51,320 nucleotides of DNA from Pelagibacteraceae bacterium. GTDB lineage: Bacteria; Pseudomonadota; Alphaproteobacteria; Pelagibacterales; Pelagibacteraceae. This document shows, piece by piece, positions 39,962 through 50,288 of this stretch (positions are counted from its first letter, which is position 1; each line of letters starts with the position of its first letter). The notes beneath the pieces are model-generated. The model was not told the origin of the DNA and searched no databases. It saw only the letters and a list, made by a program, of their open reading frames with translations. The stretch covers positions 20,164 through 71,483 of the forward strand of contig NYVZ01000004.1 in assembly GCA_002684895.1 (NCBI GenBank). Reading direction: 5' to 3'. The position numbers and the translations under genes were made by a program.

Positions 39962-42240
39962 TATTTAATTACTTCTGAAGAGTAAGCTGCTATTGAAGCA
40001 AGATTCAATATTTCAGAACTAGATGATCTAAGTGGAGCAACTTCTATTGGTTGTGCTAATCCTATCAGCAAAGGTCCAATAACTTTTCCACCACCAAGTT
40101 CTTTCAACATTTTAGTAGATACCGCTGCGGCATGAATAGATGGCATTACCAGTACATTTGCATTTCCAACAATTTTTGAGAATGGATAAGTTGATTTGAA
40201 TTTTGAATTAAGAGCAACATCTGGCTGCATCTCTCCATCAAACAAAAATTTAACTTTTTTATTTTTAAGCATTTCAACTGCTTGCCTCACTCTTTTTGTT
40301 CTGTCAGTTTCTGGTTGGCCAAAAGTAGAATGAGATAATAAAGCAACTTTTGGCTCAAAACCTAACATCTCGGCAATTCTTGCACTAGAGATTGTTATAT
40401 CAACAAGCTCTTCAGATGTTGGATATTCAATAACATTTGTATCGGCAATAAGAATGGTTTTGCCTTTTGATACATATAAACACAAACCAAAAAGGATTTC
40501 TTTTTCACGTGTTCCAACAGACTGTGCAAGTTTTTCTACAGTAGCAGAAAAGTGACGAGTATTTCCTGCAACCATTCCATCGGCATCGCCACACGCTACC
40601 ATGCAAGAACCCCATGTGACACGATCTGACTTGACCATTTTATCACAATCTTTTTCCAAAATTCCTTTTCGTTGTAATTTTTCATAGAGATAATCCTTAT
40701 ATCTTTCAGATTTTTCTTTATCAGTGGAGTTTGTGATTTGAATTTTAAAATTTTCATCTAATCCTATTTTTTTCAAGGCTATTTTTAACTTATCTTCATT
40801 TGCAATTAGAATTGGTTCTCCTAAACCATAATTTTTGAATGCAATTGCTGCCTTAAGACTTTCCTCATCATCGCCTTCAGCAAATACTATCCTTTTTTTT
40901 GCTTTCTTAATTTTAGAATTGATTCCTTGCATAATTCCTACAGAAGGATCTAATCTTGCTTCTAATTCATTAACATAAGCATCAAAATCTTTAATGGGTT
41001 TTTGTGCAATCCCACTGTCCATTGCAGCTTTAGCCACTGCTGTTGGAATAGTAGTAATTAATCTTGGATCAAAAGTTGAAGGTATAATGTAATCTTTTCC
41101 ATAATGTGGCCTATCTCCTCCATAGGCAGCAACGACCTCGTCAGGAACATCTTCTCTCGCAAGCTTAGCAATCGCTTGAGCTGCAGCCACTTTCATTTCT
41201 TCATTAATTGTTTTCGCTTGAACATCAAGTGCACCTCTAAAAATATATGGAAAACCAATCAGGTTATTGACTTGATTTGGGTAGTCTGATCTGCCAGTCG
41301 CAATTATAGCATCATTTCTTACTTCAAGAACTTTTTCTGGTCTTATTTCAGGTTCAGGATTAGCACAAGCAAATATAATTGGATTTTTTGCCATTGATTT
41401 TATCATCCCTTGCGTGATTGCCCCCGCAGCAGACAATCCTAAAATTACATCTGCACCTTTGACAGCATCTTCTAGAGTTCTGCATTCTGTAGCAATGGCG
41501 TGCTTGGATTTCCACTGACTTAATTCTCCAGGTCTTCCTCGATATATTACACCTTCTCTATCACACATAATTACATTTTCATTTGGTACGCCTGAATTTT
41601 TAAATAATTCAGTACAAGCTATTGCTGATGCTCCAGCTCCATTAACAACAATTTTTACATCCTTAATTGATTTGCCTGAAATGTCTAAAGCGTTTATTAA
41701 TCCAGCAGTTGTGATTATTGCTGTTCCATGTTGGTCATCATGAAAAATTGGAATATCAACTAATTCTTTTAATTTCTGTTCAATTACAAAGCATTCAGGT
41801 GCCCCAATATCTTCTAAATTAATTCCACCAAATGAACACGCAATATTTTTAATTGTATTAATTATTTCATTAGTATCTTTTGAGTCTACTTCGATATCAA
41901 TTGAGTCTATATCGGCAAATCTTTTAAATAATACTGATTTGCCTTCCATTACTGGTTTAGATGCAAGAGCACCAAGATCACCCAATCCTAAAATTGCAGA
42001 ACCGTTACTAATAACAGCAACCAAGTTACCTTTACTCGTGTAGTCGTATGCGGTTTGAGGATTTTTGGATATTTCAACCACAGGCACGGCAACACCCGGT
42101 GAATAAGCAAGTGATAAATCACGCTGAGTTGAAAGTTGTTTAGATGATATTATTTCAATTTTACCAGGCTTGCCCTGAATATGAAAATCTAAAGCTTCTT
42201 TATCAGTATATTTTTCAATAGTTTCTTTTTTTTTGCTCAT
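39958..42240 (-). CDS. maeB: NADP-dependent malic enzyme fused to a PTA-like domain
   Basis: LAYSPGVA, GGINLEDI, HDDQHGT, GAGAS, TGRSDYPNQVNN; C-terminal VFAEG, DGEMQ. Confidence 0.97.
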   Translation of the reverse strand: MSKKKETIEKYTDKEALDFHIQGKPGKIEIISSKQLSTQRDLSLAYSPGVAVPVVEISKNPQTAYDYTSKGNLVAVISNGSAILGLGDLGALASKPVMEGKSVLFKRFADIDSIDIEVDSKDTNEIINTIKNIACSFGGINLEDIGAPECFVIEQKLKELVDIPIFHDDQHGTAIITTAGLINALDISGKSIKDVKIVVNGAGASAIACTELFKNSGVPNENVIMCDREGVIYRGRPGELSQWKSKHAIATECRTLEDAVKGADVILGLSAAGAITQGMIKSMAKNPIIFACANPEPEIRPEKVLEVRNDAIIATGRSDYPNQVNNLIGFPYIFRGALDVQAKTINEEMKVAAAQAIAKLAREDVPDEVVAAYGGDRPHYGKDYIIPSTFDPRLITTIPTAVAKAAMDSGIAQKPIKDFDAYVNELEARLDPSVGIMQGINSKIKKAKKRIVFAEGDDEESLKAAIAFKNYGLGEPILIANEDKLKIALKKIGLDENFKIQITNSTDKEKSERYKDYLYEKLQRKGILEKDCDKMVKSDRVTWGSCMVACGDADGMVAGNTRHFSATVEKLAQSVGTREKEILFGLCLYVSKGKTILIADTNVIEYPTSEELVDITISSARIAEMLGFEPKVALLSHSTFGQPETDRTKRVRQAVEMLKNKKVKFLFDGEMQPDVALNSKFKSTYPFSKIVGNANVLVMPSIHAAAVSTKMLKELGGGKVIGPLLIGLAQPIEVAPLRSSSSEILNLASIAAYSSEVIKY

Positions 42241-42309
42241 ACAAAGTTTTGTCGCATTATTGTAGTGGAAGAGTAATAATGTAGAAGATATGAGGTGTAA
42301 ACATATTAT

Positions 42310-43839
42310 ATGAATATTCTTAAAGCCGTTGGATCATTTGGATCACTAACCCTGCTTAGTAGAATCCTTGGCTACTTTAGAGATATTCTTATAGCAATAT
42401 TTATAGGTACATCGTCATTAGCAGATGCATTTTTCGTAGCTTTCCGTCTACCAAATACATTTCGAAGATTATTTGCTGAAGGAACTTTCAATGCTGCATT
42501 TATTCCAATTTATACGAAGCTAAGCATGAAAAATCGATCGGAGAATTTTACTAATTCTGTTTTTAATTTTTTATTAATTATTCTTTTGCCACTTACTATC
42601 ATTGCGGAGGTATTTATGGGGGGGTTTATTTTTTTAATTTCTCCTGGTTTCGCAAGTGAACCTGAAAAGTTTAAACTGGCAACTGACTTAAGTAGAATTA
42701 CCTTCCCTTTTCTTTTGTTTGTTTCTTTATCATCTTTTTTTTCTGCGATTTTAAATTCAAGAGGCAAATTTGCTGTTGCGGCCGCTGCACCCATTGTTTT
42801 AAATATATTTTTAATTTTTTCAATTTTTTATGCAAAATCTTATGATCAATCATTTGTAAAAAGTATGTCACTCGCCGTCTTTTTCGCAGGGTTAGTACAG
42901 ATGTTAATTTTGATTTTTTATTGTCGAATATATTATGTTCCAAAAATAAATTTAATTATAAAATTTACTAATCAAATTAAACAGTTCTTTACAAAATTAT
43001 TACCAAGTATTTTTTCATCTGGTGTTATGCAAATAAATATTTTAGTTGGAACCATTATTGCCTCTTTTGAATCAAGCGCAGTATCCTACTTGTATTATGC
43101 TGATCGAATTTATCAGTTGCCTCTTGCAATTTCAGGAATAGCCATTGGAACGGTAGTACTGCCTGTTTTAAGTAAATCTATTATTAGCGATAGCAAAGAA
43201 AAGGTTTTTTTTATTCAGAACAGGTCAATTGAATTATCTGTATTTCTGTCTGCACCAGCAGCCGTCGGTATAATTGTTGGTGCTAAAGAAATAATATCTT
43301 GTTTGTTTGGTTATGGATCTTTTAATGAAAATAGCGTTATAAACACTGCAAACGCTTTAATTATTTTTGGCTTTGGCTTGCCAGCTTTTTCACTCTTAAA
43401 ACTCTATTCTAATTTTTATTTTGCTAGAGGTGATACAAAGTTTCCATTTAAGGTTTCTGTTTTTACAGTTTTGATAAACATTATAATTAGCATTGCTTTT
43501 TTTGAAAAGTATGGATTTTTATCTATTGCAGCTGGCACAACAGTTTCATGTTGGTTAGCTACCTTTATTTATAAATATAATTTAAAAATAGATAATTTTC
43601 ACACCTCAGACAGAATTTTTTTAGAGAGGTTTGCAAAAATTTTTGTTTGTTCATTAATTATGGGCTCTCTATTATATTATCAATTTTTTTATTTTCAGCA
43701 TTATTTTGTAGATAGTGATTTAATTAAAGTTATGTATTTATTTTTTATAGTAGGAAACTCAATTATTGTTTACTTTATTATGGCCGTGTTGTTTAAAGCT
43801 TTTAGTATTAAAGATTTTAAGTTAAAAAAATACAAATGA
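42310..43839 (+). CDS. murJ: Lipid II flippase MurJ
   Basis: SRILGYFRD, AFRLPNTFRRLFAEG, LYYADRIYQLP. Confidence 0.98.
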   Translation: MNILKAVGSFGSLTLLSRILGYFRDILIAIFIGTSSLADAFFVAFRLPNTFRRLFAEGTFNAAFIPIYTKLSMKNRSENFTNSVFNFLLIILLPLTIIAEVFMGGFIFLISPGFASEPEKFKLATDLSRITFPFLLFVSLSSFFSAILNSRGKFAVAAAAPIVLNIFLIFSIFYAKSYDQSFVKSMSLAVFFAGLVQMLILIFYCRIYYVPKINLIIKFTNQIKQFFTKLLPSIFSSGVMQINILVGTIIASFESSAVSYLYYADRIYQLPLAISGIAIGTVVLPVLSKSIISDSKEKVFFIQNRSIELSVFLSAPAAVGIIVGAKEIISCLFGYGSFNENSVINTANALIIFGFGLPAFSLLKLYSNFYFARGDTKFPFKVSVFTVLINIIISIAFFEKYGFLSIAAGTTVSCWLATFIYKYNLKIDNFHTSDRIFLERFAKIFVCSLIMGSLLYYQFFYFQHYFVDSDLIKVMYLFFIVGNSIIVYFIMAVLFKAFSIKDFKLKKYK

Positions 43840-44837
43840 TTAATAAAAGAGTTTTATCTGGTATTCAGCCTACTGGTAATTTGCATCTTGGAAACTATTT
43901 AGGCGCAATTAAAAATTTTGTATCGATGCAAAATGATTATGAATGCTATTATATGTTGGCTGACTTGCATGCAATAACAGTTAAAACAGAACCAAAAGTT
44001 TTAAGGGAAAATATTTTAAATACCGCAGCTTCATTTCTAGCAGCAGGTTTAGATACCAAAAAAAATGTAATTTTTTGTCAATCTAATGTAAGTTCACATA
44101 CACATTTATCTTGGATACTAAATTGCATAGCTCGTGTTGGGTGGTTAAATAGAATGACTCAATTCAAAGAAAAGGCAGGTTCGAATAAAGAGAAGGCCAG
44201 CGTCGGACTTTATACTTACCCAATTTTAATGTCTGCTGATATTCTTATATATAAAGCAACACATGTTCCAGTTGGTGATGATCAAAAACAGCATTTAGAA
44301 TTATGCAGAGATATAGCGACAAAGTTTAATAATGACTATGATAACAATTATTTTATTTTACCCGAACCAATCATTCCGAAATTTGTATCAAGAGTGATGA
44401 GTTTACGTGATGGAACAAAAAAAATGAGCAAGTCTGACGAGTCTGATCTTTCAAGAATTAATTTAACAGATACAAAAGATCAAATTATACAAAAGATTAA
44501 AAAAGCTAAAACCGATAATGATCCGATAGATGAAAAAATATTCGATGAGAAATCTAAAAGATATGAAGCACAAAATTTAATTAAAATATACTCTAATTTG
44601 AACTCAGAAACTCCTGATAAAGTTTTAAATAATTTTAATGGTAAAACATTTTCTGATTTTAAAAAATATCTATCCGACTTATTAATTGAAAAAATAAGTC
44701 CAATTTCAGAAAAAATTAAAAAATATAGAAGTGATGATAAAGAATTAATAAATCTTTTAACTATTGGCTCTGAGAAAGCTAATAACAATGCAGAAAAAAC
44801 TATGCTAGAAATAAAAAAAATTGTAGGCTTAGTTTAA
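43836..44837 (+). CDS. trpS: Tryptophan--tRNA ligase
   Basis: SGIQPTG.LHLGNY, VPVGDDQ.QH, KMSKS. Confidence 0.99.
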   Translation: MINKRVLSGIQPTGNLHLGNYLGAIKNFVSMQNDYECYYMLADLHAITVKTEPKVLRENILNTAASFLAAGLDTKKNVIFCQSNVSSHTHLSWILNCIARVGWLNRMTQFKEKAGSNKEKASVGLYTYPILMSADILIYKATHVPVGDDQKQHLELCRDIATKFNNDYDNNYFILPEPIIPKFVSRVMSLRDGTKKMSKSDESDLSRINLTDTKDQIIQKIKKAKTDNDPIDEKIFDEKSKRYEAQNLIKIYSNLNSETPDKVLNNFNGKTFSDFKKYLSDLLIEKISPISEKIKKYRSDDKELINLLTIGSEKANNNAEKTMLEIKKIVGLV

Positions 44838-45298
44838 TGAAGAAGAAATTTTTAGTAGTTATTGATGATAGCAAAGAATTAAAAAATGCGATTCATTTTG
44901 CTGCACAAAGGGCAAAAAATACTGATGGTACTTTATCAATGCTATATGTTGTAGATCACGCAATAAATGCTCAATGGTCAAAAGTAGAGCATCTAATTGA
45001 GCAAGAAGAAACTAGCGAGGCTAAAAAGATTTGTAGAAATTGGGTACAGATAATTAAAGATAAATTTAATATTGATACTGAGATAATTATTAAATTAGGA
45101 AAGAAAAAAGATGAAATAATTAAGATATTGAAGGAAGATAAAGATATAAGATTTTTAGTATTGGCCACGTCTGGCGATGGTGAAAACCCAGGACCAGTAA
45201 TAAAATCACTTTTATCAAGTAAAATGAGAGATTTATCCATACCTATCGTTTTAGTTCCTGGTTCAATGAATGAAAAAGATATAGATTTAATAGTATAG
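44837..45298 (+). CDS. Universal stress protein (UspA family)
   Basis: FLVVIDDS, LVLA...PGP, IPIVLVPG; trpS-usp-nfuA synteny. Confidence 0.92.
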   Translation: MKKKFLVVIDDSKELKNAIHFAAQRAKNTDGTLSMLYVVDHAINAQWSKVEHLIEQEETSEAKKICRNWVQIIKDKFNIDTEIIIKLGKKKDEIIKILKEDKDIRFLVLATSGDGENPGPVIKSLLSSKMRDLSIPIVLVPGSMNEKDIDLIV

Positions 45299-45337
45299 CT
45301 ATTGAAAAATTAGTTTAAAAATATTAATTAAACTACT

Positions 45338-45874
45338 ATGATAAAAGTTGTTGATACACCCAATCCTGATACTAGAAAATTTGTTTTTGATAATATAATT
45401 GTTGCTGAAGGATCAAAAGAATTCAAAAAGAAAGATGGCAGCCTAAATTTAGTCGATAATTTATTTGATATAGGAAACATCGAATTAATTTTTCTAGATA
45501 AAAATTTTATATCAATACGTAAATCAAAAAATTCATCATGGGAAAATCTTACAGAAGAAGTGTTAGATATCTTGAGCAAAAATATTAATAAAGATTTTAG
45601 TCCATTAATTTTTAAAGAAGAAAACGAATTTACAGACGATGTATCAATACGTATTGAAGAAGTATTAAATGAAAAAATCCGTCCTGCTGTAGCGATGGAC
45701 GGAGGTGATATCAGGCTAAAATCATTTAAGAATGGAGTTGCAGAGGTTATGCTGAAAGGTGCTTGCGCTGGATGTCCAAGCTCTACAATAACATTAAAAC
45801 ATGGTGTTGAAAGAATGATAAAGCATTATGTGCCAGAGGTTACTTCAGTCGAGGCAATAAACATTAATGAATAA
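45338..45874 (+). CDS. nfuA: NifU/NfuA Fe-S carrier
   Basis: TPNP..KF N-domain, IRPAVAMDGGD, GACAGCPSS. Confidence 0.95.
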   Translation: MIKVVDTPNPDTRKFVFDNIIVAEGSKEFKKKDGSLNLVDNLFDIGNIELIFLDKNFISIRKSKNSSWENLTEEVLDILSKNINKDFSPLIFKEENEFTDDVSIRIEEVLNEKIRPAVAMDGGDIRLKSFKNGVAEVMLKGACAGCPSSTITLKHGVERMIKHYVPEVTSVEAININE

Positions 45875-47036
45875 AAGAAAATATAATTATCTCGATCACC
45901 TAATTTTGACAGCAAAGAAGTATGAGGTCGAAGAATACCTTTACTATGAACAAAAGGGTAGGAAATTAACAGCCAAACAAATGGAATTAATTTTACTAAG
46001 AAATGGAGTAAAAATACCGAAGGATGAAACGCCAAAAATTTCTAAGGAGCAAATAAAACAAGATGCTTATTCAAGCCTTCTTCAAGCCGGAGGTCTAGTT
46101 GCAACTATTTTTGCTTTTGTTCTGTTGCCCGGAGTAATTAAAAAAAACACTGCACTAGTTAAATCTACTTACAGTCAGAAGCAAATGGCTTCATTAAAAA
46201 TTGAAGATAACAATAAAAATAAAACTGATCGCTTTTTTGATGAAAAGGATACTAGAGGATTTAATACACCTCATGCAAAAAGTGTTTTGGCTTTATTTAA
46301 TGAGCTTAAATACAATCTTAATGATATTAGAGATGGCAAACCTGTAAAACCAGTTTTTTTTACTCAATTACCTAGAGGTATAAATGAACTAGATAGTATT
46401 AAAAATAGAAAAAAAATATTTATCCAAATAGTTCTTCCGTTAGTACTTTCTGAAAATGAAAGTATAATAGCCGAGAGAAAAAGAATTACTTTTTTATCAA
46501 AATCAAGAAAGATATCCAAAGCAGACAAATTATGGCTAGATAAGAAGTTTAAGTATTACAAAGTAAAAAATAGAAACTTTGAAAAACTATTAAGTAAAGT
46601 TGATATAATTCCTCCATCATTAGCAATAGCGCAGGCAGCATATGAGAGTGGATGGGGAACTTCAAGGTTTGCATTAGAAGGAAACTCATTGTTTGGACAA
46701 AGAACATGGGCTTCAAAATCTGGTATAGTTCCATTAGACAGAGGAGAAGACCAAACTTTTAAAGTGACTAAATTTGATATTATAAGAGCTTCGGTTAAAG
46801 CATATAAGAAAAATTTAAATACGCATAAATCGTACGAGAACTTAAGATTAGAAAGAAAAAAAATGAGAGATGAAAATAAAGTAATCTCCGGAATTCAATT
46901 ATCACAGCACTTGAATAGCTATTCAGAGATTAAAGAGAAATATGTTTTTTATTTACAAAAAATTATTGAGCAAAATTCATTAACTGATTTTGATAAATCA
47001 ATATTACTTCCAACAAAAAAAATTAATTTAGCGTAA
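45867..47036 (+). CDS. Membrane-anchored Bax-like glucosaminidase-domain protein
   Basis: IPPSLAIAQAAYESGWGTSRFA.EGNSLFGQ, NLNTH.SY..LR, YSE; TM segment after about 70 aa. Confidence 0.88.
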   Translation: MNKRKYNYLDHLILTAKKYEVEEYLYYEQKGRKLTAKQMELILLRNGVKIPKDETPKISKEQIKQDAYSSLLQAGGLVATIFAFVLLPGVIKKNTALVKSTYSQKQMASLKIEDNNKNKTDRFFDEKDTRGFNTPHAKSVLALFNELKYNLNDIRDGKPVKPVFFTQLPRGINELDSIKNRKKIFIQIVLPLVLSENESIIAERKRITFLSKSRKISKADKLWLDKKFKYYKVKNRNFEKLLSKVDIIPPSLAIAQAAYESGWGTSRFALEGNSLFGQRTWASKSGIVPLDRGEDQTFKVTKFDIIRASVKAYKKNLNTHKSYENLRLERKKMRDENKVISGIQLSQHLNSYSEIKEKYVFYLQKIIEQNSLTDFDKSILLPTKKINLA

Positions 47037-47041
47037 GCTAA

Positions 47042-47566
47042 ATGCCTTTAACAAACTGTATATTTTTTGACTTTTCATTAGATCAAAAATATATTTTAAT
47101 TTTATCGCAAGATAAGCTTTATAAAAAAAAATTAGACTATTTAAAAAGATCAGAAAATATAGCTAATATTTTTTTTGAATTTATTAAAGAAAATCAAATA
47201 CAAATTGATAATAGCTTCTCATTATTTGTAAATGTAGGACCAGGTAATATGATAGCTATTAGAAATTCTGTTGTATTTACAAAAATACTAAGTTTAATTT
47301 TAGGCTGTAAATTGTTAGGTTTTTCAAATTATCAACTGTTAAGATTTAATACAAAAAAGCTCACCAAAGCTCTGCTGTCTACAGGAACTAGGAATTTATT
47401 ATTAGATATATCATTGAAAAAGACAAAAAAATTATATGACAATGAAATAAGTAAATTTAAGAACTATAAATATAAAATTTCCTATAATAAAAAAATATTG
47501 AAAAATCTAATAATGTCTAAAAATTTGGTAAAAAAAGTTTTTCCAATTTCTTATTCTGATGTATAA
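47042..47566 (+). CDS. tsaB: Degenerate TsaB (YeaZ), t6A biosynthesis
   Basis: RSE, VNVGPGN..AIR corresponding to GPGSFTGxR; expected position before fur-miaB. Confidence 0.65.
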   Translation: MPLTNCIFFDFSLDQKYILILSQDKLYKKKLDYLKRSENIANIFFEFIKENQIQIDNSFSLFVNVGPGNMIAIRNSVVFTKILSLILGCKLLGFSNYQLLRFNTKKLTKALLSTGTRNLLLDISLKKTKKLYDNEISKFKNYKYKISYNKKILKNLIMSKNLVKKVFPISYSDV

Positions 47567-47575
47567 ACAATATTG

Positions 47576-48010
47576 ATGAGCAAAGCTTCGCCATTTGCAA
47601 TAAGTTTGGAAAAGATATGTCAGGATAGGGGTCTTCGGCTAACGGAGCAAAGAAAAGTAATTGTAAGACTTTTAGAAGAAACAATATCAGATACCAAATT
47701 TCATCCTGACGTTGACGAAATCTTCAACAGAGCAATTAAGATAGATAAAAAAATAAGTGTTGCTACAGTTTATAGAACGGTAAAACTGCTGGAAGAACAT
47801 GGTATAATTGAAAAGCATGAATTTAAAGCTGGCAAGGCCAGGTACGAAGTGTCTACTGAAAATCACCATGACCATTTAATAGACATTAATTCAGGTGAAA
47901 TAATAGAGTTTATTGATGATGAAATTGAAAAATTAAAAAAAAAAATAGCAAATAAACATGGCTACGAATTAATTGACCATCGCTTAGAATTGTATTGTAA
48001 AAAAAAATGA
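47576..48010 (+). CDS. fur: Fur/Mur family metalloregulator
   Basis: GLRLTEQR, HPDVDE, SVATVYRT, HHDHLID, IIEF; ATG 47576 (TTG 47573 alternative). Confidence 0.9.
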   Translation: MSKASPFAISLEKICQDRGLRLTEQRKVIVRLLEETISDTKFHPDVDEIFNRAIKIDKKISVATVYRTVKLLEEHGIIEKHEFKAGKARYEVSTENHHDHLIDINSGEIIEFIDDEIEKLKKKIANKHGYELIDHRLELYCKKK

Positions 48011-49314
48011 AATCAAAAAAGTTTTATATCAAAACATTTGGTTGCCAAATGAACGAATATGACTCTAATAAAATTTCAGACTTACTAAAATCAATTTCAT
48101 TTGAAAAAATTGACAAAATGGATGAAGCAGATTGTTTTGTATTTAATACATGTCATATAAGGGAAAAAGCAACGCAAAAGGTTTATTCTGATATCGGAAA
48201 AATAAAAAAAATTTATAGGAACAAGCCTAAACCTATCTTCGTCTTAGCCGGCTGTGTTGCACAAGCGGAGTCGTCTATTGTTTTTGAAAAAAGTGATTAT
48301 GTTGACATTGTTGTAGGTCCACAAGCCTATCATAAATTACCCGAGCTGATTGAACAATTTATTGCGAAAAAAAAGAAACAAGTTGATACAAATTTAAGTG
48401 TAGATGATAAATTTGATACTTTACAGCATTTAAATAGCAAAGGGTCTAAAGTATCAAGTTTTGTAACTATTCAGGAAGGTTGTGATAAGTTTTGTAAATT
48501 TTGTGTTGTGCCGTACACCAGAGGCCCTGAATATTCTAGAGACTCAAGAAATATAATTGATGAGATTAAGGCTTTAGCTGATAACGGAACAAAGGAAATT
48601 GTTTTACTTGGACAAAATGTGAGCTCTTATAATGACAGCAATATATCTTTAGCAAAATTAATTAAAAAAATTGCAAATCTTAAAGAGATTAAAAGAATAA
48701 GATTTACGACTTCACATCCAAACGACTTTGATGATGAATTAATATCTTTATATAGTGAAGAACCTAAATTGATGCCACAACTGCATTTACCCGTTCAGTC
48801 TGGTTCTGATAAAATTTTAAAGTTAATGAACCGAAATCATACTAGAGTTGATTACTTAAATCTTATAAATAAATTTCGATTTCATAGACCTGACATTCAA
48901 TTTTCTAGTGATTTTATTGTAGGTTATCCAGGTGAAAAAGACTCTGATCATCAAGATACGATTAATCTAATAAAAGAGGTTGGTTTTTCTTTGTCTTATT
49001 CTTTTATATATAGTCAAAGACCAGGTACTCCAGCGTCAAATTATGACGAAATACCAAGAAAGACGACTATGAAAAGACTTGAAGAATTGCAAAGCATTTT
49101 ATTAAAACAACAATTAGAGTTTAATCATTATATGATAAATAAAGAAAATAATGTTTTATTTGAAAACAAAACGCAAGATGAAGAGCAATTTTTTGGAAGA
49201 AATCAATATATGGTACCTGTTTTTGTAAAAAATAATCTAATAAAAGCTGGAGAAATAAAGAAAATTTTTATACAAAATGCAAGTAGAAACAATTTATTTG
49301 GTAAATTAGCGTAA
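48007..49314 (+). CDS. miaB: tRNA methylthiotransferase MiaB
   Basis: GCQMN, NTCHIREKA, GCVAQ, CDKFCKFC radical SAM motif, TRAM domain. Confidence 0.99.
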   Translation: MKSKKFYIKTFGCQMNEYDSNKISDLLKSISFEKIDKMDEADCFVFNTCHIREKATQKVYSDIGKIKKIYRNKPKPIFVLAGCVAQAESSIVFEKSDYVDIVVGPQAYHKLPELIEQFIAKKKKQVDTNLSVDDKFDTLQHLNSKGSKVSSFVTIQEGCDKFCKFCVVPYTRGPEYSRDSRNIIDEIKALADNGTKEIVLLGQNVSSYNDSNISLAKLIKKIANLKEIKRIRFTTSHPNDFDDELISLYSEEPKLMPQLHLPVQSGSDKILKLMNRNHTRVDYLNLINKFRFHRPDIQFSSDFIVGYPGEKDSDHQDTINLIKEVGFSLSYSFIYSQRPGTPASNYDEIPRKTTMKRLEELQSILLKQQLEFNHYMINKENNVLFENKTQDEEQFFGRNQYMVPVFVKNNLIKAGEIKKIFIQNASRNNLFGKLA

Positions 49315-49319
49315 GTTAT

Positions 49320-50288
49320 TTGACAGCAAATCTTTTTCAAATCATAGAGGGTGGCAGCTTATCTAAAAGTTTATATTTAAACGACAATAAGGCATTAAGT
49401 AAAGTTGTTGGAGTGCAAGACTCATTCTTAAAGATTTTAGAAAAACTTTCAGGAACGGTGATAAATTTAAGAGGAAATTTAATAACAATAAAAGGTGAAA
49501 ATTCAAAAAGTAAACTAGTAATAAGTACCATTAATCAGATGCTACATAAGTCAAATAGTAAAGAACTTGAGGAAGAGGACATTAAATCAATTTACCATTT
49601 CGAGCTCACCAAAAATAGTAATGACCTAGATAGTGATGTTATAATTAAGACACCAAGAAAGAATATTTTCGCTAGGACAGAAAGACAAAAAAAATATATT
49701 AATAGTTTGTTAAATAGTAATATTATTTTTTCTTTGGGACCTGCTGGAACAGGTAAAACATTTTTAGCTGTAGCTGTCGCGGTTAATAAGCTTATTACGG
49801 GCAAGGTTAATAAAATTATATTATCAAGACCGGCGGTTGAGGCTGGTGAAAATCTAGGTTTTTTGCCAGGTGATCTTAAAGAGAAAATTGATCCATATTT
49901 AATACCTCTGTATGATTCTTTGTCAGAATTAATTGGGTACGAAAAAATGCAAAAGAAAATTGAAGATGGCACAGTTGAGATTGCCCCATTGGCATTTATG
50001 AGAGGAAGAACTTTGAAAGATTCTTTTGTTATATTAGATGAAGCGCAAAATGCCACTGTCACACAAATTAAAATGTTTCTAACAAGATTAGGTAAGAATA
50101 CTACGATGGTAGTAAATGGTGATCCTAGTCAAATTGATTTACCAGCATCTAAATCGTCAGGCTTGCTAGAATCCATCAATATTCTTGATAACATTGAAGA
50201 AATTAAAATAACAAGATTTGAATCTGATGATGTTCAAAGACATCCACTTGTTTCTAAAATAATTGATGCTTATAAAAAAAATCAATAA
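49320..50288 (+). CDS. phoH: PhoH family ATPase (YbeZ)
   Basis: GPAGTGKT, RPAVEAGE.LGFLPG, FMRGRT, DEAQN; TTG start. Confidence 0.97.
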   Translation: MTANLFQIIEGGSLSKSLYLNDNKALSKVVGVQDSFLKILEKLSGTVINLRGNLITIKGENSKSKLVISTINQMLHKSNSKELEEEDIKSIYHFELTKNSNDLDSDVIIKTPRKNIFARTERQKKYINSLLNSNIIFSLGPAGTGKTFLAVAVAVNKLITGKVNKIILSRPAVEAGENLGFLPGDLKEKIDPYLIPLYDSLSELIGYEKMQKKIEDGTVEIAPLAFMRGRTLKDSFVILDEAQNATVTQIKMFLTRLGKNTTMVVNGDPSQIDLPASKSSGLLESINILDNIEEIKITRFESDDVQRHPLVSKIIDAYKKNQ

